In this document: one piece after another, positions 49,523 through 64,000 of the stretch
How positions within the stretch are numbered: the stretch's first letter is position 1
Layout: every line of letters starts with the position of its first letter
NCBI GenBank assembly: GCA_964016885.1
Contig: OZ024740.1
Span: forward strand, 86,490,001 to 86,554,000
Direction of reading: 5' to 3'
Source of the DNA: Eledone cirrhosa
Lineage: Eukaryota
Length of the DNA stretch: 64,000 bases
The notes under the pieces: model-generated
What the model was told of the DNA's origin: nothing
Seen by the model: the letters and a program-made list of their open reading frames with translations, nothing else
Databases searched by the model: none
Program-made: the position numbers and the translations under genes

Positions 49523-52284
49523 AGACACACTTATTCAATAAATTTGTTTCTGAAAGACATAAATAGTTCTTAAGGAAGATATCAAAAAGAATGTCAACAG
49601 CTATAACTTTGATTATAGGTATGTTCGACCAGCCAGGGTTAGCCTCGAGCTAAAAATTAACAATGCTATTTCTAATTTTGAAGTGCGTTATTGAACCAAA
49701 AGGACATTGCTTTCTACTATTGTAAACAAAAACGAACCTAAAACAAAATGAGTAGTTTCTGACAAATAAGATAAAGAATCACCAAAGAAGAATGTTACTT
49801 AAATGAGTATTGGTTCATATAAAATCCATAAACTGATATACAATTATTAACAAGATTAATATGATATTTTGTATTTAGAAAACTATAACTGTCACCAAAA
49901 ATACATTAATGTATTAGAGTTATTACAACCATGATCTTTTGCTAAAAGATTGCGAACTTGTAGAAAACTCCGGGAAAATTATAGAAACGTTCAAATCTTG
50001 TAAAAGACGTAGATTAGGTCAATATGGTTCATAAACACGATATTAGTCAAATGGCATTGATTATATCATGAATTGTTTGTGCTCCTTGCTTTGAAGCACA
50101 CATGCTTAAAGAACAATGCAATATTTAATACAACGAAAGTTAGTAGAATATTTCAGGCGTGGAATGAAAAAAATTATATAATGTTTCGGAAATATTTAAA
50201 AGTTAGGACAATAAAGAAACTCCACTGAAACGTTTGAACTGAGATTATGAACTAAGAGTTAAATACAAATGTTAGACATCCTGTATCTTGACTCTCTATC
50301 GTATTTAACTCCATACTATTGGCAATCACTTTTTTATAGATCAGAGAATTTAATAAATTTAAATTGAAAGCCACATTTAGCTAGGATATGTAGCAAGTGG
50401 TTCAGATCAATCTAAGGAGTCTTTCGTGTGGTAGCTTTATATGAGAAGAGTCAGTGATATAAGCTGGGAGTGGATCTCAGGATATGGAAGGATGAGATTA
50501 ATGACTGAGATTAAATCAGTTAAAGATGGTATTACAATCATTAAAGTTATGATTTGTTAGAACATTTATAATGTGATGGATTGATTGATTGAGTAATTAA
50601 ATTATTGATGAGTTGATTAATGTTCAATGTCTAAATTTTGACACATGTGGCAAGAGTTATAAGTCAAGAAGTGACGTCTATTCTCACCACAAAAGATTAC
50701 GTATATGATGTTAACAAGATAACAATGAGATACTGCAAAATAGAAGAATTCCAAGGTAAATAGTAAAACACACTCTAGTATTTAAATACATTTTCCTTTG
50801 TAAGTATTTAGAATCTCATCGGTGCACTCTTTCCTTTTCATTTCTTGGGGTGGGGGTAGTAAAACTGGTAGTAAAATAAATACCGGTCATATACTGGAGT
50901 TGGTTCAATCGACTGTTAACCTCATCTTCCCCACCTCCAAAAACTCATACAAATATTCATCTTAAATGAATGGAGTATGAATAACTGACCAGTTATATAC
51001 TGACAGACAAGTGAAAGTCAAAATTAGGAATATGTACGGCAAACTCGAAACTGTAAGACACAAGGACCAAAAGCGTACTAGTAAAAGTGGTGGGTATATG
51101 GCAAAGACACTTGCGTTGAATTTTCTAGCGATGTCTAGTAATAATCCTTTCATTCATCAGCAGAAATTCACCTTCTAGATTACCAGGAATACGAATAAAG
51201 AGCATAGTTAGATCTTGTACAAATTAAATAGCCAGTAATACTCTTCATTTCGTGCTTTCTTCATATATAGATAGGCTTGATCATATGTGTACTTGATCAT
51301 TGATATGCTTACAATCCTAATAACACTACCATTCAGTCCAAACAAACATAGATTAACGCAAAGGTATCAGCGTCAGTAACCTCATCATCTCCCAAACCTA
51401 TGCTGGTATCCTCATTACAAAACACAAAGCAGAATAACAGCAACTGCCACGCTTTGACTAAGCTTATCTTACCATTCTCTATGACCACCATCAGATGTCT
51501 TAGGTTAGAAATCGAAAAGAGCTTCAACAAATTTAGACTCCGCCATTATACGCGTCGGCACGCGGTCGTTCTAACTGCTCTTCAAATCACAATGTACGTC
51601 TTGTATAAAGAAGCATACTCTAATCAATATAATTCCTGTTATACAAAAAGACAGGATGATCATAGTTCTGCATAATCAGGTCTTATCTTAAGATGTCATA
51701 CAGTATGTCATACAATAAGGTGGTGATATCTGAAAGGACAGTATGTATGGACTTGTAACTCCTGAGCGAGTGGTAGGGGCGTCGTATTGACGATTCTAGG
51801 CATTCTAGGGCATTTTTTAAAACATGATGAAGACCATCTCCTCTCCAGGTTTGAATACAGTAGATTTCTTCCAGAGAAAGATAGGGTGTGAGAGAATGGG
51901 AGTGAGAAAGATATTAAGAAGAAGAATCGACCCCAATACTAAACCTCGAATGGATGGAAGACAGAGTTGACGTCAGCGGGATTGGAACTCAGAGAGCCGG
52001 AGTATGGATCTTCAACTAGTTTTACGATATTTGTGTTGCTAAATGATACTATCTCATCCTCATCCTCCTCACCATCATCATCAATACTACCAACATGTAT
52101 ATACCCGCTTGACCAGCAGTCAAATTTCACTTTGCCTTAAAATAAGCGAATAACAGATTACATAATGTAATGCTAGGTACACTGTGTATGAAAGAGAAAT
52201 ACAAAAGCTGGAGGGACATGATTGGTTTAGCTAGTGATGACAGACCTACTTGATTAGAGATGACATCGGTCTAAATAACAATTT

Positions 52285-52437
52285 AGGGGGAAAGGAAGGA
52301 TTGATTATATTAACCACAGTACTTATTTCTACATGTTTTTATTGAACTAGAATGAATGAAAGTCAAAGTGAACTTCGGCAGACTTTGAACTCAAATATAA
52401 AGAACCCGAATAAATACGTCAACGATTCTGGCAATCC
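52285..52437 (-). mobile_element. Degenerate Nin-domain SINE
   Basis: gaatgaaagtcaaagtgaacttcggcagactttgaactca matches the SINE reverse complement. Confidence 0.55.
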
Positions 52438-53453
52438 GGTTCTCGCACCAACCATATTAATAACATCAATCAATGGCATAATTTAAGCATTAACGTAATA
52501 TATAATAAAGCTATCAAAGCATTTTATCAGAGAAGTAGATAAAGTTAAACAGAATGTAATTTAGCACCATCGTTATTACAGCATATTACTGAGGTCATTT
52601 TGAATCGATTATAAATTTCATGATAACAGAATCTACTTATTGCAAAGTCTCTCTACATTACTTCAAATCTTGATAATATTTTATAAATATTTATCGGAAA
52701 GTTAATGCACAGAGGAGCTTATAGTGAAATGTCTTGTAAGGGTAAGCTTGCTTAATATACACCCACGTCATCTCTAATGCTACGGTGAGAGTCGTTACAT
52801 CAACAGCTACTACAGTAACAACAGCGTTATCTCTAACACATTCTAATTTCGTTATCGCTATTTCAACACAACCTCATCCTGAATATAAAAAAACAGACAC
52901 TTTATTTTCAATGGCCTCAGTCCACCTAGCCATAAATATGTAATGTGTGGTATAAAGAACAGGCCACTTACAGTGACCTGTATCTGATTGATGCAGTGAG
53001 AAAAATAGGAAACATATACTGCCATTTCATTAGCCACATCCATCTCACCAGTAGGGAAGAGCCTGCAAATGCCATAGGTATTACTCCTTTTCCCTAACTA
53101 ATCTATGTAAAGAAAAGTGTATAATTAATGGATAAGTTAATTATCTATATCATTGACACAGCGTGATTTAGAATAAAGGCGGCTATAGACCCATATAGAA
53201 TATGCTTATGTATGATAAAAATATATTTAATTTCGCTGTGAGTATTCTAATGATTACACTTACATCGGTATTAATGTTGTAAGAGTGTTGTTTATATGTG
53301 TTTTCAAAGTTATTACACAACAGCAGTCGTAGTTTGCTTATACCGAGATATCGTATGACATTAAAGCTTCATAGATTTTGTAAACAAACTATTTTTGTTG
53401 CAAGCTTAGTTCCATATAGTGTAAGCTTGAATAACTAGTATTAATTATACTGT

Positions 53454-53640
53454 GGCGGTGAATAGGCAGTATCGGTAGAGGGTTGGACGCCATGCTTTCT
53501 AGCATAGTTACGTCCCTTTACGGTCTGAGTTCAAATCCCGCCAAGGTTAACTTTGCCTTTCATTCTTACGGGGTCGATAAAATAAAGTACCAGTAATGTA
53601 CTGGGTAATTGCTGGCCTTGTGCCTAAAGTAGAAACAATT
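53454..53640 (+). mobile_element. Full-length Nin-domain tRNA SINE
   Basis: Highly similar to 31047-31230; A/B boxes; tail ggccttgtgcctaaagtagaaacaatt. Confidence 0.85.
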
Positions 53641-54099
53641 AATTAGTGATACCACTAACACATCGTGACACAACATAATGGAATATGTAGACCCATAACA
53701 CGGCTACTTTCGTACCGGTATAAAAGCACTGTATTTCACAGTAATTACCCTTGATCAGTGGTTTCCTTATGCCGAAATACGGAAGTGTTAAATTTTATTT
53801 TTAAAAAGACTATTTTTATTGAAAATATAATAGCTACGTTATTACGTTCAACTCCTGAGTTCAACTCCTTTCACGAGCAACCTGCAATAAACCCCTGTTC
53901 TTGTGAAAAGAAACGATTCCCCAAATGCCAATCATCATAGAAGCTGGAGAAAAGTTCTAGCTCACATCGTCAGAGCCATGCTGGATAATACTCAACATTA
54001 CGTCATTGTTCTTGCCCACCGTTATTTCTCTATAGAATGCTAACGTTGAGTTTCTACTGACAGCATTGCCCGATTGGTAGAAAGCTGTGAGTTCCTAAC

Positions 54100-55320
54100 A
54101 ACACTCCAGACACCTGGCGCCATGCCTATGTCTTCGCCTGACCTAAAACTGCAGCTCAGTCAAAGAGATGAGCTGAGGAAAGACATGTATCTCAAAGGGC
54201 AACCAGACCTCTTCACCATTCATGAGTGTCTGCAAATGGCGTAGCCTCAGCGCATTTTTGTGTATCTTCAGCTACAGCATACCTAGCCCTATGCGCTATG
54301 AGTATTGACAAGAGATGGCCGGCAGTAAAACGTATCTCTTCCACAACAAGAGAAAGAACTGGCGATTAAATCTGGTGAGGCACCACAGGAGAAGGCATGA
54401 CGGTCAGGGGGTAATATATTGCGTTCGCTACGTCTGCCAGACCTTTCAGGGATAGCTTTCTCTCTGCCGGTTCTTGATAAGTGACTACCCTCCTCATGAT
54501 CTAGTCCCAGTTCCTATACACCTCGAGGACAGCGCCGAACCAGACCCCGATTAACTTAACTGGGCCCTCCGTCCAAGATCCCGCGACGCTGTTGAACTGC
54601 ATGGACATGCCTCTCCAGATGCCCGAGTTAATTTTTGCTCCCGTCAACTTTTCATAAGAAGTTGCAGACTAACTTGATTTCAGTGCTATTCTTCACCATC
54701 ATGATGATGTCGTCTGCTTATGCCGGCACAGCCCTTCCACGTGCTGGTAGAGCGAGATGCCGCCTTTCAACAGCTCCAGCTTTCGCAGTAGTCGCTCAAG
54801 TGTTAATACGTAGAGAAGGAAGGAGAGAAGACATCCTTGACGAACCGAGCGCGAGATTTGAAACAGTTTTAGGACAGCTGTGAGCACATCGGTAAACTAA
54901 TCTGGCATACCTCGCAAAATATTTGGTAGGCTATCAAAACCGAGTCATCTACACCTCGTACAACCACCTAGGATTTATTGTATATCGGCTTTCCGCAGTA
55001 CTCCGTATCTTTGGAGGAGAATCGCGGTAGGCCGTCACGGTAGGAACTATAATCAGCCAACGTCTCCGTACCCCGCTTGGCCTGAACAGTTGTGCAAAGT
55101 GTTGGTGAAGAGCCACACACATCTGACTAGATTTAAGCAGCATGCGCCCATCTTGGTTCACCAAATATCGTATAAAGGCTTTGTTGACATGCTGTGCTTC
55201 TGCCACTTGGGCCTATCGATCAGTTCTCGTTCCTTCATGTTTTGGAGTATATGCCTTAGCTCTGACAATGCAACCTTCGTATTTTGCATTGAAGAAATGG
55301 TATGGTGCCATTCTTGCAGC
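54100..55320 (-). mobile_element. Old degenerate Tx1 ORF2 fragment
   Basis: SRSVRQGCLLSFLLYVLTLERLLRKLELL and AEAQ..NKAFIRYLVNQDGRMLLKSSQMCVALHQHFAQLF match the Tx1 array proteins. Confidence 0.82.
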
Positions 55321-55399
55321 TAACACGCTGGTTGATCGTATCAACTGGAATAATCGTCGTCGTAATCAACGGCGTGCCAGTTAGTTATGTATGAATGTA

Positions 55400-55612
<213 letters not shown>

Positions 55613-55899
55613 TACTTACATGATGCCCTTAGAAACCTGTACTGAAACTATCATAAAATCCATATTAATAAGAAAACGGCTATAAATGTGTTGTTAGTTC
55701 ATGTAACAGAAAATAAAAATTCAAAAAGACGTATCATGAAATGATGGAATAAATAACTAGTTCCAACGGTTTTTCGGTTAACATTTTTACCCTAAATTGA
55801 CTAAGATCTTCAAAGCGAAACAGTTTGCCCAATATTTTACTACCAAATATACTTCGCAAATCAATACATGTTTTAGAAGAGAAACGTATTGCCAAAAAA

Positions 55900-55930
<31 letters not shown>

Positions 55931-56454
55931 AGACAATAGTGGAGAAGAGTAAATAAAAGAAGTTAAAATATAATGAAATCTAAAAAGAAAAAGAAGCGGC
56001 ACGCAAGATTGGTGTTCAGTAAGAGATTTAAAAGTGAGAACAATGGTGTGATAAATGAACTGGAAGTGCAATTTATTTGTCATAACGCATTACTACTTTA
56101 AATTTTGCATCTTCGAATTTCTAACAAGATTCTCGTAAAATTAGTATCGACGTCACACATGGCAAAATAATTTCGGTTTTACATACTTGTCTTCTTTTTC
56201 CTGTATTTTATATTATTTTATTTATTTATTCTATATTCCTATCATAGAATTGTTTCTTTCCATCATTTATGTTTTCTCCGTTTTTGCGAACGCCAGTGAG
56301 AGTATAATTTCAGAAGAAATAAGACAAACGTCGCCTGGAATTGAATCTTCCTATTGTACAATGATGCTTGCATTATTGCAATAAAGTAAGGTAAAAAAAT
56401 AACATCTAGCACTGTTAATATTACGTGAAGAGAGATAAAAAAATAATTACATCC

Positions 56455-57870
<1,416 letters not shown>

Positions 57871-58163
57871 TTGTTGAAAAAAAAATGCAAACAGACGAAT
57901 TGGCGAACAGTAACGAATGTTGACATGTTGCCACCGATCTGGATGTAACTTAATGACAAATCATAAGGAAACAGAAAGTAGGTAATGTTTGAAACACTAC
58001 CTTGTCATTCAATAGTGTACTACCAGCTTACCTTAGTGACATTGTACTAAGTCTTCCTCCTCTCTATTGCTCTCACTTCGCACACTCTCCTTCTCCCTAC
58101 TTCTCTCTTTATATGTGTGTGTATATATATATATATGTATATATACTGTATATATATATATAT

Positions 58164-58344
58164 ATAGGAACAAGTATGACCCCGACAGCAGAGCTCAAGC
58201 CGTTTCGACGGCTAATTCTGGACTTCGAAACGGCTTAAGCTCTGCCGTCGGGGTCATACTTGTTCCTATTACCTTCTCTACTACCCTAAGTATTGAGTAC
58301 TTTGGTGCGTTATAGTCCATCTGGTTCTTTACCACATTTCCTTC

Positions 58345-58347
<3 letters not shown>
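58164..58347 (+). mobile_element. Family A PLE pLTR stub with inverted duplication of the hammerhead 3' half
   Basis: ataggaacaagtatgaccccgac..gtttcga (minus) joined to ttcgaaacggc..gtcggggtcatacttgttcctat + tail; (TA)n flanks. Confidence 0.85.
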
Positions 58348-58396
<49 letters not shown>

Positions 58397-58625
58397 CACA
58401 CACTTATATATACATATATATATGTGGGGGGCGGTGTAGATATATATATATGTGTGTGTGTTTACGTGCGTATGTATATGAATATATATTTATATAATAT
58501 ATATTTATATATGCGTATGTATGTATATGTATGCAAGCATCTATATATGTATTTATATATGTAATATATGTAATGTATATGATTTACATATGTAATATAT
58601 GTATACACACACACACACACCTATG

Positions 58626-58722
<97 letters not shown>

Positions 58723-59265
58723 GCGTGTGCGTGTATCTGTGTGTGTTTGTATTCGTGAATATATAGAGATACCATTTGATAACTAAATGCAAATGAAAAA
58801 GGGAAATATAATTCTCATATTATATTGGTATAGTTGGTTGTTCCTTTATGTTTGTTTCTTTATGTTTCAGTTATTTGAATTTTTCCTGTAAGGAAGGTGT
58901 CTTGCACACTTATATTATTCTGCTTACAAATCATATTTGTAAGGTGTATGCTAGCTGGTCAATTTCTCTTTCTGAAAACTAAGCTTTCCATATTGTCACT
59001 TAGGCACCAGCAATTATCGATATAAAGATGAATAATCTGGGTAAGGAAAACGAATGTTTCGCAGCGGTTGTCCGTAATTGTTTCCTTTCACATCGATTTA
59101 GGAAGAAATCTTCACATCCGCAGTGCAGCTGACCTCAATGGCAGTAGATATGTTTTCATTTCTATCTTAAACAACTATATCAGGTCTGTTATGTCAGCAC
59201 ATAACAAAAATGTTCCATCAATATTGTTTGTGTTAAAATGTGTGTATATATATATATATATATAT

Positions 59266-62200
59266 CTAAGGCGGGTAAAATTCCCCTTAGTTGTCTTGAC
59301 TCCCAGGTCTGCCCTGGCCCGGGGTGGTAGTTCCTGTTAGGACTCCATTTATGGGTTAAATAACTGCCTTATTCGAGTGGCGCCGGTAAGGTATTGTCAG
59401 CCATTTGAAAAGAAATATGGAGAGTTGATCTAACAGCACTAGGGTTAGAGCCCCTAATTACACTGTCAAGGAGCAGCCTGGTCGTTATGACTCTGCTGAC
59501 TTAGAGCCACAGAGAGGGCCAGTGGATGATGGATCAGCTGTCTCTGAGACAAATATAAAGAATGCAGTTTTGTCCTGCAGAAGAGCCATCAAAATGGGCA
59601 CTTTGAATGTGAGGACTATTCGGACGCTGGAGAAGAGAGAGGAGTTGGGACATCTGTTTGAGGAGAGTGGTATACAGATACTTGCGATCCAAGAACACAG
59701 GATCCTACACGATGATCCCGTGAGGAGTGTGATGATCGGGAAGAGGAGCCAGATCATCACTACATCGGCAGTGAAGAACACAAAAAATGCTGCAGTAGGA
59801 GGAGTGGGTTTTGTGTTCAGTGCAGGAACCAATCTGTTGGTGAGGGAAATAATGCCTATCTCCCCGCGAGTGTTGAGGGTGACCTTCAATGGAAACCCAA
59901 GACTGACAGTCATCTCAGCCTATAGTCCAACCGATGGGGACAGTGATGTGAGTGCGGAAGAGTTCCATGAGGAGGTGTGTAGAGCTGTCAACACCACTCA
60001 GGCACACAATATCCTGCTTGTTTTGTGGGACTTCAATGCACATCTGAGTAAGGAGGGCAGTGAAGATCCTTTCTGGTACTTCCATAACAACACCAACCGA
60101 AATGGAAGACTACTGAGAGACACCCTGCTGGAGGCGAACACGATGGCGACCAACCTAAGGTTTAGGAAGAATCTGGGGAAGATGTGGACCTACATCTCAG
60201 ATGTGCACCTGTCCAAGTCCCACATTGATTTCATTCTGGTGAGGAAAAAGTGGCGGAATAGTGTTCTGAACACAGAACCATACAGTTATTTCAGTACACT
60301 GGGTAGTGACCACCGGCTTGTTATGAGTGAGGTCCGGGTGAGCTTAAGAAAGAGCAAGGCTCGGCCCCGGAGAGCAATCTATGACTGAGGAGCTTTCAAG
60401 GAAGATGATAAGCTACAGGAGAGGTTCACAGTGGAAGTGAGAAACAGGTTTAGTGCTCTGTGTGGAGAGTCAGAGGAGAGAGAGATTGGATGGACTGTGA
60501 GAGTGTGACGAGGAGGTACGGGCACTTCACCAATGCAATGGCGGAAGCAAGTGAAACCCTGGTGCCGAGGAAAAAGAACAAAGGGAAGCACGTCAGCTCT
60601 GCAAACCCAAAAGTGTGTGCAGCCAGAGAACACCTGAAGGCTACCAAGGACCAATTCTATGCTGATCCTACAGAGGAGAGTATGGAGACTGTGGAGGTGA
60701 TGAGGGAAGGACTCTGTACCGCTTACACTGAGGTCAGAGAGGAGGCACTGATAGAGAAGATCAGAAGTGTGGAGAGCGCGGTTGCCAGATCTGGATGTAA
60801 GGAGAGCTGGATAATCATCAACGAGATCACAGGGAGGAAGAGAAGGTGTTCGAGTCAGATCCAGGGAACGGGGCCCGAGGCTAGGAAGAGGAAATGGTTA
60901 GACCATTTTAGGACCCTACTAGGAGAGCCACCCTCCACAGCCCAGAGTACTGAGGAGATCAGGCGGCTGTTTGAGGAACTGGATGTTGAGACAGAGCCCT
61001 TCACCAGAGAGGAGCTTCAGAGAGCCAAGAAGAGGATCAAGGAGGGCAAGGCTCATGGAGAAGATGGAGTGGCATCAGAGGTGATGAAGAGGTGTGATTT
61101 TGATGATATCATCCTGGGGTTCTGTAACGGTGCACTGGAGAAGGGAGTTGCCCCGAATCAGTGGTGGATCAGTAACATCGTCCCAGTGCCAAAGAAGGGA
61201 GATCACTCTAACACCAACAACTACAGGGGGATCTCACTGACGTCACTTGTGGCAAAGACCCTCAACAGGATGATTCTTAACAGGATCCAGTCTGAGATGG
61301 AGAAGAAGCTCAGGGACAACCATAATGGCTTCAGAGAGGGTAGATCAACCACCAGTCACATCCTGATGCTGAGGAGGATATTAGAGGGAGCTAGAGCAAA
61401 GTGCCTTCCTGCGGTTATGATTTCATTGACTTTAAGAAGGCCTTTGATTCTGTGAACCGTTACTGCCTGATGAAGATCTTACAGGCTTATGGAATCCCCA
61501 AGAAGATAGTGGACCTGATATCACTGCTCTACACCAACACCAAAGCCCAAGTCATTACACCTGATGGGATGAATGAGTTCTTTGAGATACTGGCTGGAGT
61601 GCTCCAGGGAGATACATTGGCTCCCTAGCTGTTTATCATTGTAGTGGACTATTGTATGCGCCTTGCACTGGAGAAACACCAGGACTCTGGCTTTACTGTA
61701 GCACCGGCTCAGAGCAGGAGAGTTAGGGCGAAAAAGGTATCAGATGCTGAACTTGCCGACGACATAGTTTTGGTGACAAATACAGTGAAGGAGGCAGAGG
61801 ATTTGATGCGGGAGGTTGAGACTGTGTCGATGAGTGTGGGGCTGAGAATGAATGAGACTAAAACAAAATATCTGATAGAGAATGTTGAGAAGCCAGAGGG
61901 TATCACTAATGTAGGCGGGAAGCCGCTAGAATTGGTTGAGGGCTTCCTGTATTTGGGAGCAAAGATTGGGAATACGGAAGATGATGTGGTTGAGAGGAAG
62001 AGCAAGGCCTGGGCGGCGTGCTACAGCTTGAGATCGGTGTGGAAGTCGGACCTTCGTAGAGACCTGAAAGTCCGCCTCTTCATTGCTGTCGTGGAGTCTG
62101 TGCTGCTGTATGGGTCTGAGACTTGGACACTGACCAAGAGACTCACTCAGATGTTGGATGGGTGCTACACGAGAATGTTGAGGATGGCTCTGAACATTAA

Positions 62201-62430
62201 TCAGTATACACTGAGGATGAAAAACTCAGAGCTGTATGGGAGCATCCCAAAAGTCAGCTCAAAGGTGACACAGAGGAGACTGAGGTTAGCTGGACATGCT
62301 CACCGACATCCAGAGTTGACATTGCACTCAGTGCTCCTTTGGGAGCCCCTACATGGACACACTAGAAGCGGAAGACCAAGGTTAACGTATGTTGATGCCC
62401 TAAGGACAGACACTGGTCTGTTGGAGACGC

Positions 62431-62432
<2 letters not shown>
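59266..62432 (+). mobile_element. Near full-length RTE-clade LINE, 3' end interrupted by (TA)n
   Basis: Short 5'UTR and a single APE-RT ORF with stops and frameshifts. Confidence 0.88.
59522..62432 (+). pseudogene. RTE APE endonuclease + reverse transcriptase
   Basis: MGTLNVRT, LAIQEHR, GGVGF, ISAYSPT, DFNAH, IDFILV, SDHRLV, NYRGISL, FIDFKKAFDSV, GVLQGDTLAP, LADDIVL, FLYLG, VLLYGSETW, RRLRLAGH, GRP. Confidence 0.88.
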
Positions 62433-62514
<82 letters not shown>

Positions 62515-62589
62515 TATATATTGTAGGGTAAAATGACAGGACGCCGGACAGGTTGTATTCCTTTAGATTTTATTACTGCAAATACTATG

Positions 62590-62635
<46 letters not shown>

Positions 62636-63515
62636 GTTTAACGTCTATATTCCACGCTTGCATGGGTTTGGACAGGAGTTTTCCCACTTGAGGCAAGAGT
62701 GGTTGTCTTGCTCGCATAGGACTGTCTGGCGGGTTTTCTATGGCTGGATGCCCTTCCTAACACTAACCACATTTACAGTGTGGGTCTGGGAGGTTTTTAC
62801 CGTGTTGCCTACACGGCCACATTACAGCGTGGACTGTGTTTTTGTCGTGACACCTACACAACCTCATTTGTTTCGGGCTGGATACTGTGGTACCAACATA
62901 ACTTTACATTGAAAAGGCTGGTGTGGCTGGGGTGTGGGTAGTGGGACGGGGTGTATTTTGTTAGAGGTGCCTACTGACTGTAGTAGGTTTCACTTTTGTA
63001 TTTAGATAAGGCGGGTCTTCTATACTACCGTGTAGCGCCAAAGATCTCGGTCCAGTGACTTTGTCTTGGTGAGGTGTAAGTGTGTGAGGTCGGAATTTAT
63101 CAAGTCGTCCCAGGTTTTTCTGGGTCTGCCTATTCCGTGGCTACCGTCTATTTTTATTGCCCTGCACTTTTTTATACAGCTATCGTCTTTCATGCGCATC
63201 ACGTGACCTTACCAACGTAGTCTTCTCTCGAGTAAACAACATCTGATCCCTCTTATTCCTAATTTCTCCCTTAGTTCGTTTATGCTTTGCCGTTCACGTA
63301 TATTACTGTTACACATACAGCGGAACATGCAAGCTTCGTTTCTCTCCAGCCTGCGTATATCCTCTGCACACAATGCCCAGGTCTCACTGCCATGTAACAT
63401 TGCTGTTCGTATGCAGGCATCATACAGCCTGCCTTTCATTTTTAGAGAGAACCCTTTAGCGGTCAATAGTGGTATAAGCTCTCTGAACTTTTTCCATCCC
63501 GTTCTGACTCTAGCT
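62590..63515 (-). mobile_element. RTE/BovB-like LINE 3' fragment with 3' region and (GAT)n tail
   Basis: GWKKFRELIPLLT..KGRLYDACIRTAMLHGSETW..RRLRW*GHVMR..GRPRKTW; ends cccatgcaagcgtggaatatagacgttaaac-(gat)n. Confidence 0.78.
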
Positions 63516-63516
63516 A

Positions 63517-63553
<37 letters not shown>

Positions 63554-63555
<2 letters not shown>

Positions 63556-64000
63556 CAAAGGAATTGTGGTAAGGAACCAGATGGACCATAACGCACCAGA
63601 GTGCTCAATACTTAGGGTAGTAGAGTGGGAAATAGGAAAAAGTATGACCCCGACGGCAGAGCTCAAGCCGTTTCGACGGCTATTCTGGACTAAATTAGAA
63701 CTTTTAGCCTGGTGAATAAATAGCCGAACCTGTCAAGGGGGTACTTCCTTATATGGGAAGATTGTAGTTGTCAAGAGGATTAGTTAAAATTTGTTGTAAA
63801 CACAAATAAGTCTATCATGGCATTTGCTGGGAGGTAGGGGTGGCTCAACTTGCCTGTAGAACAATAGGGGAGTGAGTGGAGCGGTCAAGCGTTGAAAGTG
63901 ATATGTATACAGCAGATTCGAAGGATAGTGTATGAAGTGGAGGAGGGAGGTTATAGAATAGGTAAATAGAATGAAAGTAGGAGACAATAAAAGATAATAG
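63554..64000 (-). mobile_element. Family A-related PLE 3' pLTR (continues beyond window)
   Basis: Homologous to 2781 onward (tgtggtaaggaacc..accataacgcacc..ctcaatactt); (TA)n flank. Confidence 0.82.
63647..63742 (-). ncRNA. Type I hammerhead ribozyme (family A variant; core UUGACAG)
   Basis: accccc-UUGACAG-guucggcua...uagccguc-GAAA-cggc uugagcucu gccg-UC^ggggu. U3:A8 retained, N7 changed, A9->G. Confidence 0.68.

Noticed and set aside
51790-52130. Acidic ORF 51939..52130(-) as a host exon
   Set aside because: The acidic run comes from an (ATC/TCC)n tract, and the plus strand resembles a decayed LINE 3' end; no splice support.

Overview
AT-rich, microsatellite-dense animal genomic DNA. The SINE and repeat content resembles an octopod cephalopod, but this is an inference. 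I found no convincing host gene, and most short ORFs in the track are translations of (TA)n/(CA)n/(ATC)n repeats or antisense shadows of retroelements. The window is a retroelement mosaic. It holds two Penelope-like elements (PLEs): a Nematis-like copy at 2781-7099 with a 1028-bp inverted pseudo-LTR and a decayed Neptune-like copy at about 7120-11006. It also holds two R4/Dong-like RLE LINE remnants, a 13-kb head-to-tail array of Tx1-like LINEs joined mostly by (ATT)n, RTE LINEs, tandem non-autonomous Helitrons, Nin/Deu-domain tRNA SINEs, a mariner MITE and a 200-N gap. The strongest unannotated signals are (i) at least six distinct type I hammerhead ribozyme families in PLE pLTRs and ORF-less fold-back cassettes, two with a covariant U3:A8 core (UUGANAA) in place of CUGANGA, and (ii) an apparent (ATT)n-targeting Tx1 family whose 3' end resembles the tail of the local tRNA/Nin SINE, a candidate LINE-SINE partner pair. 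All alignments and folds were done by eye.
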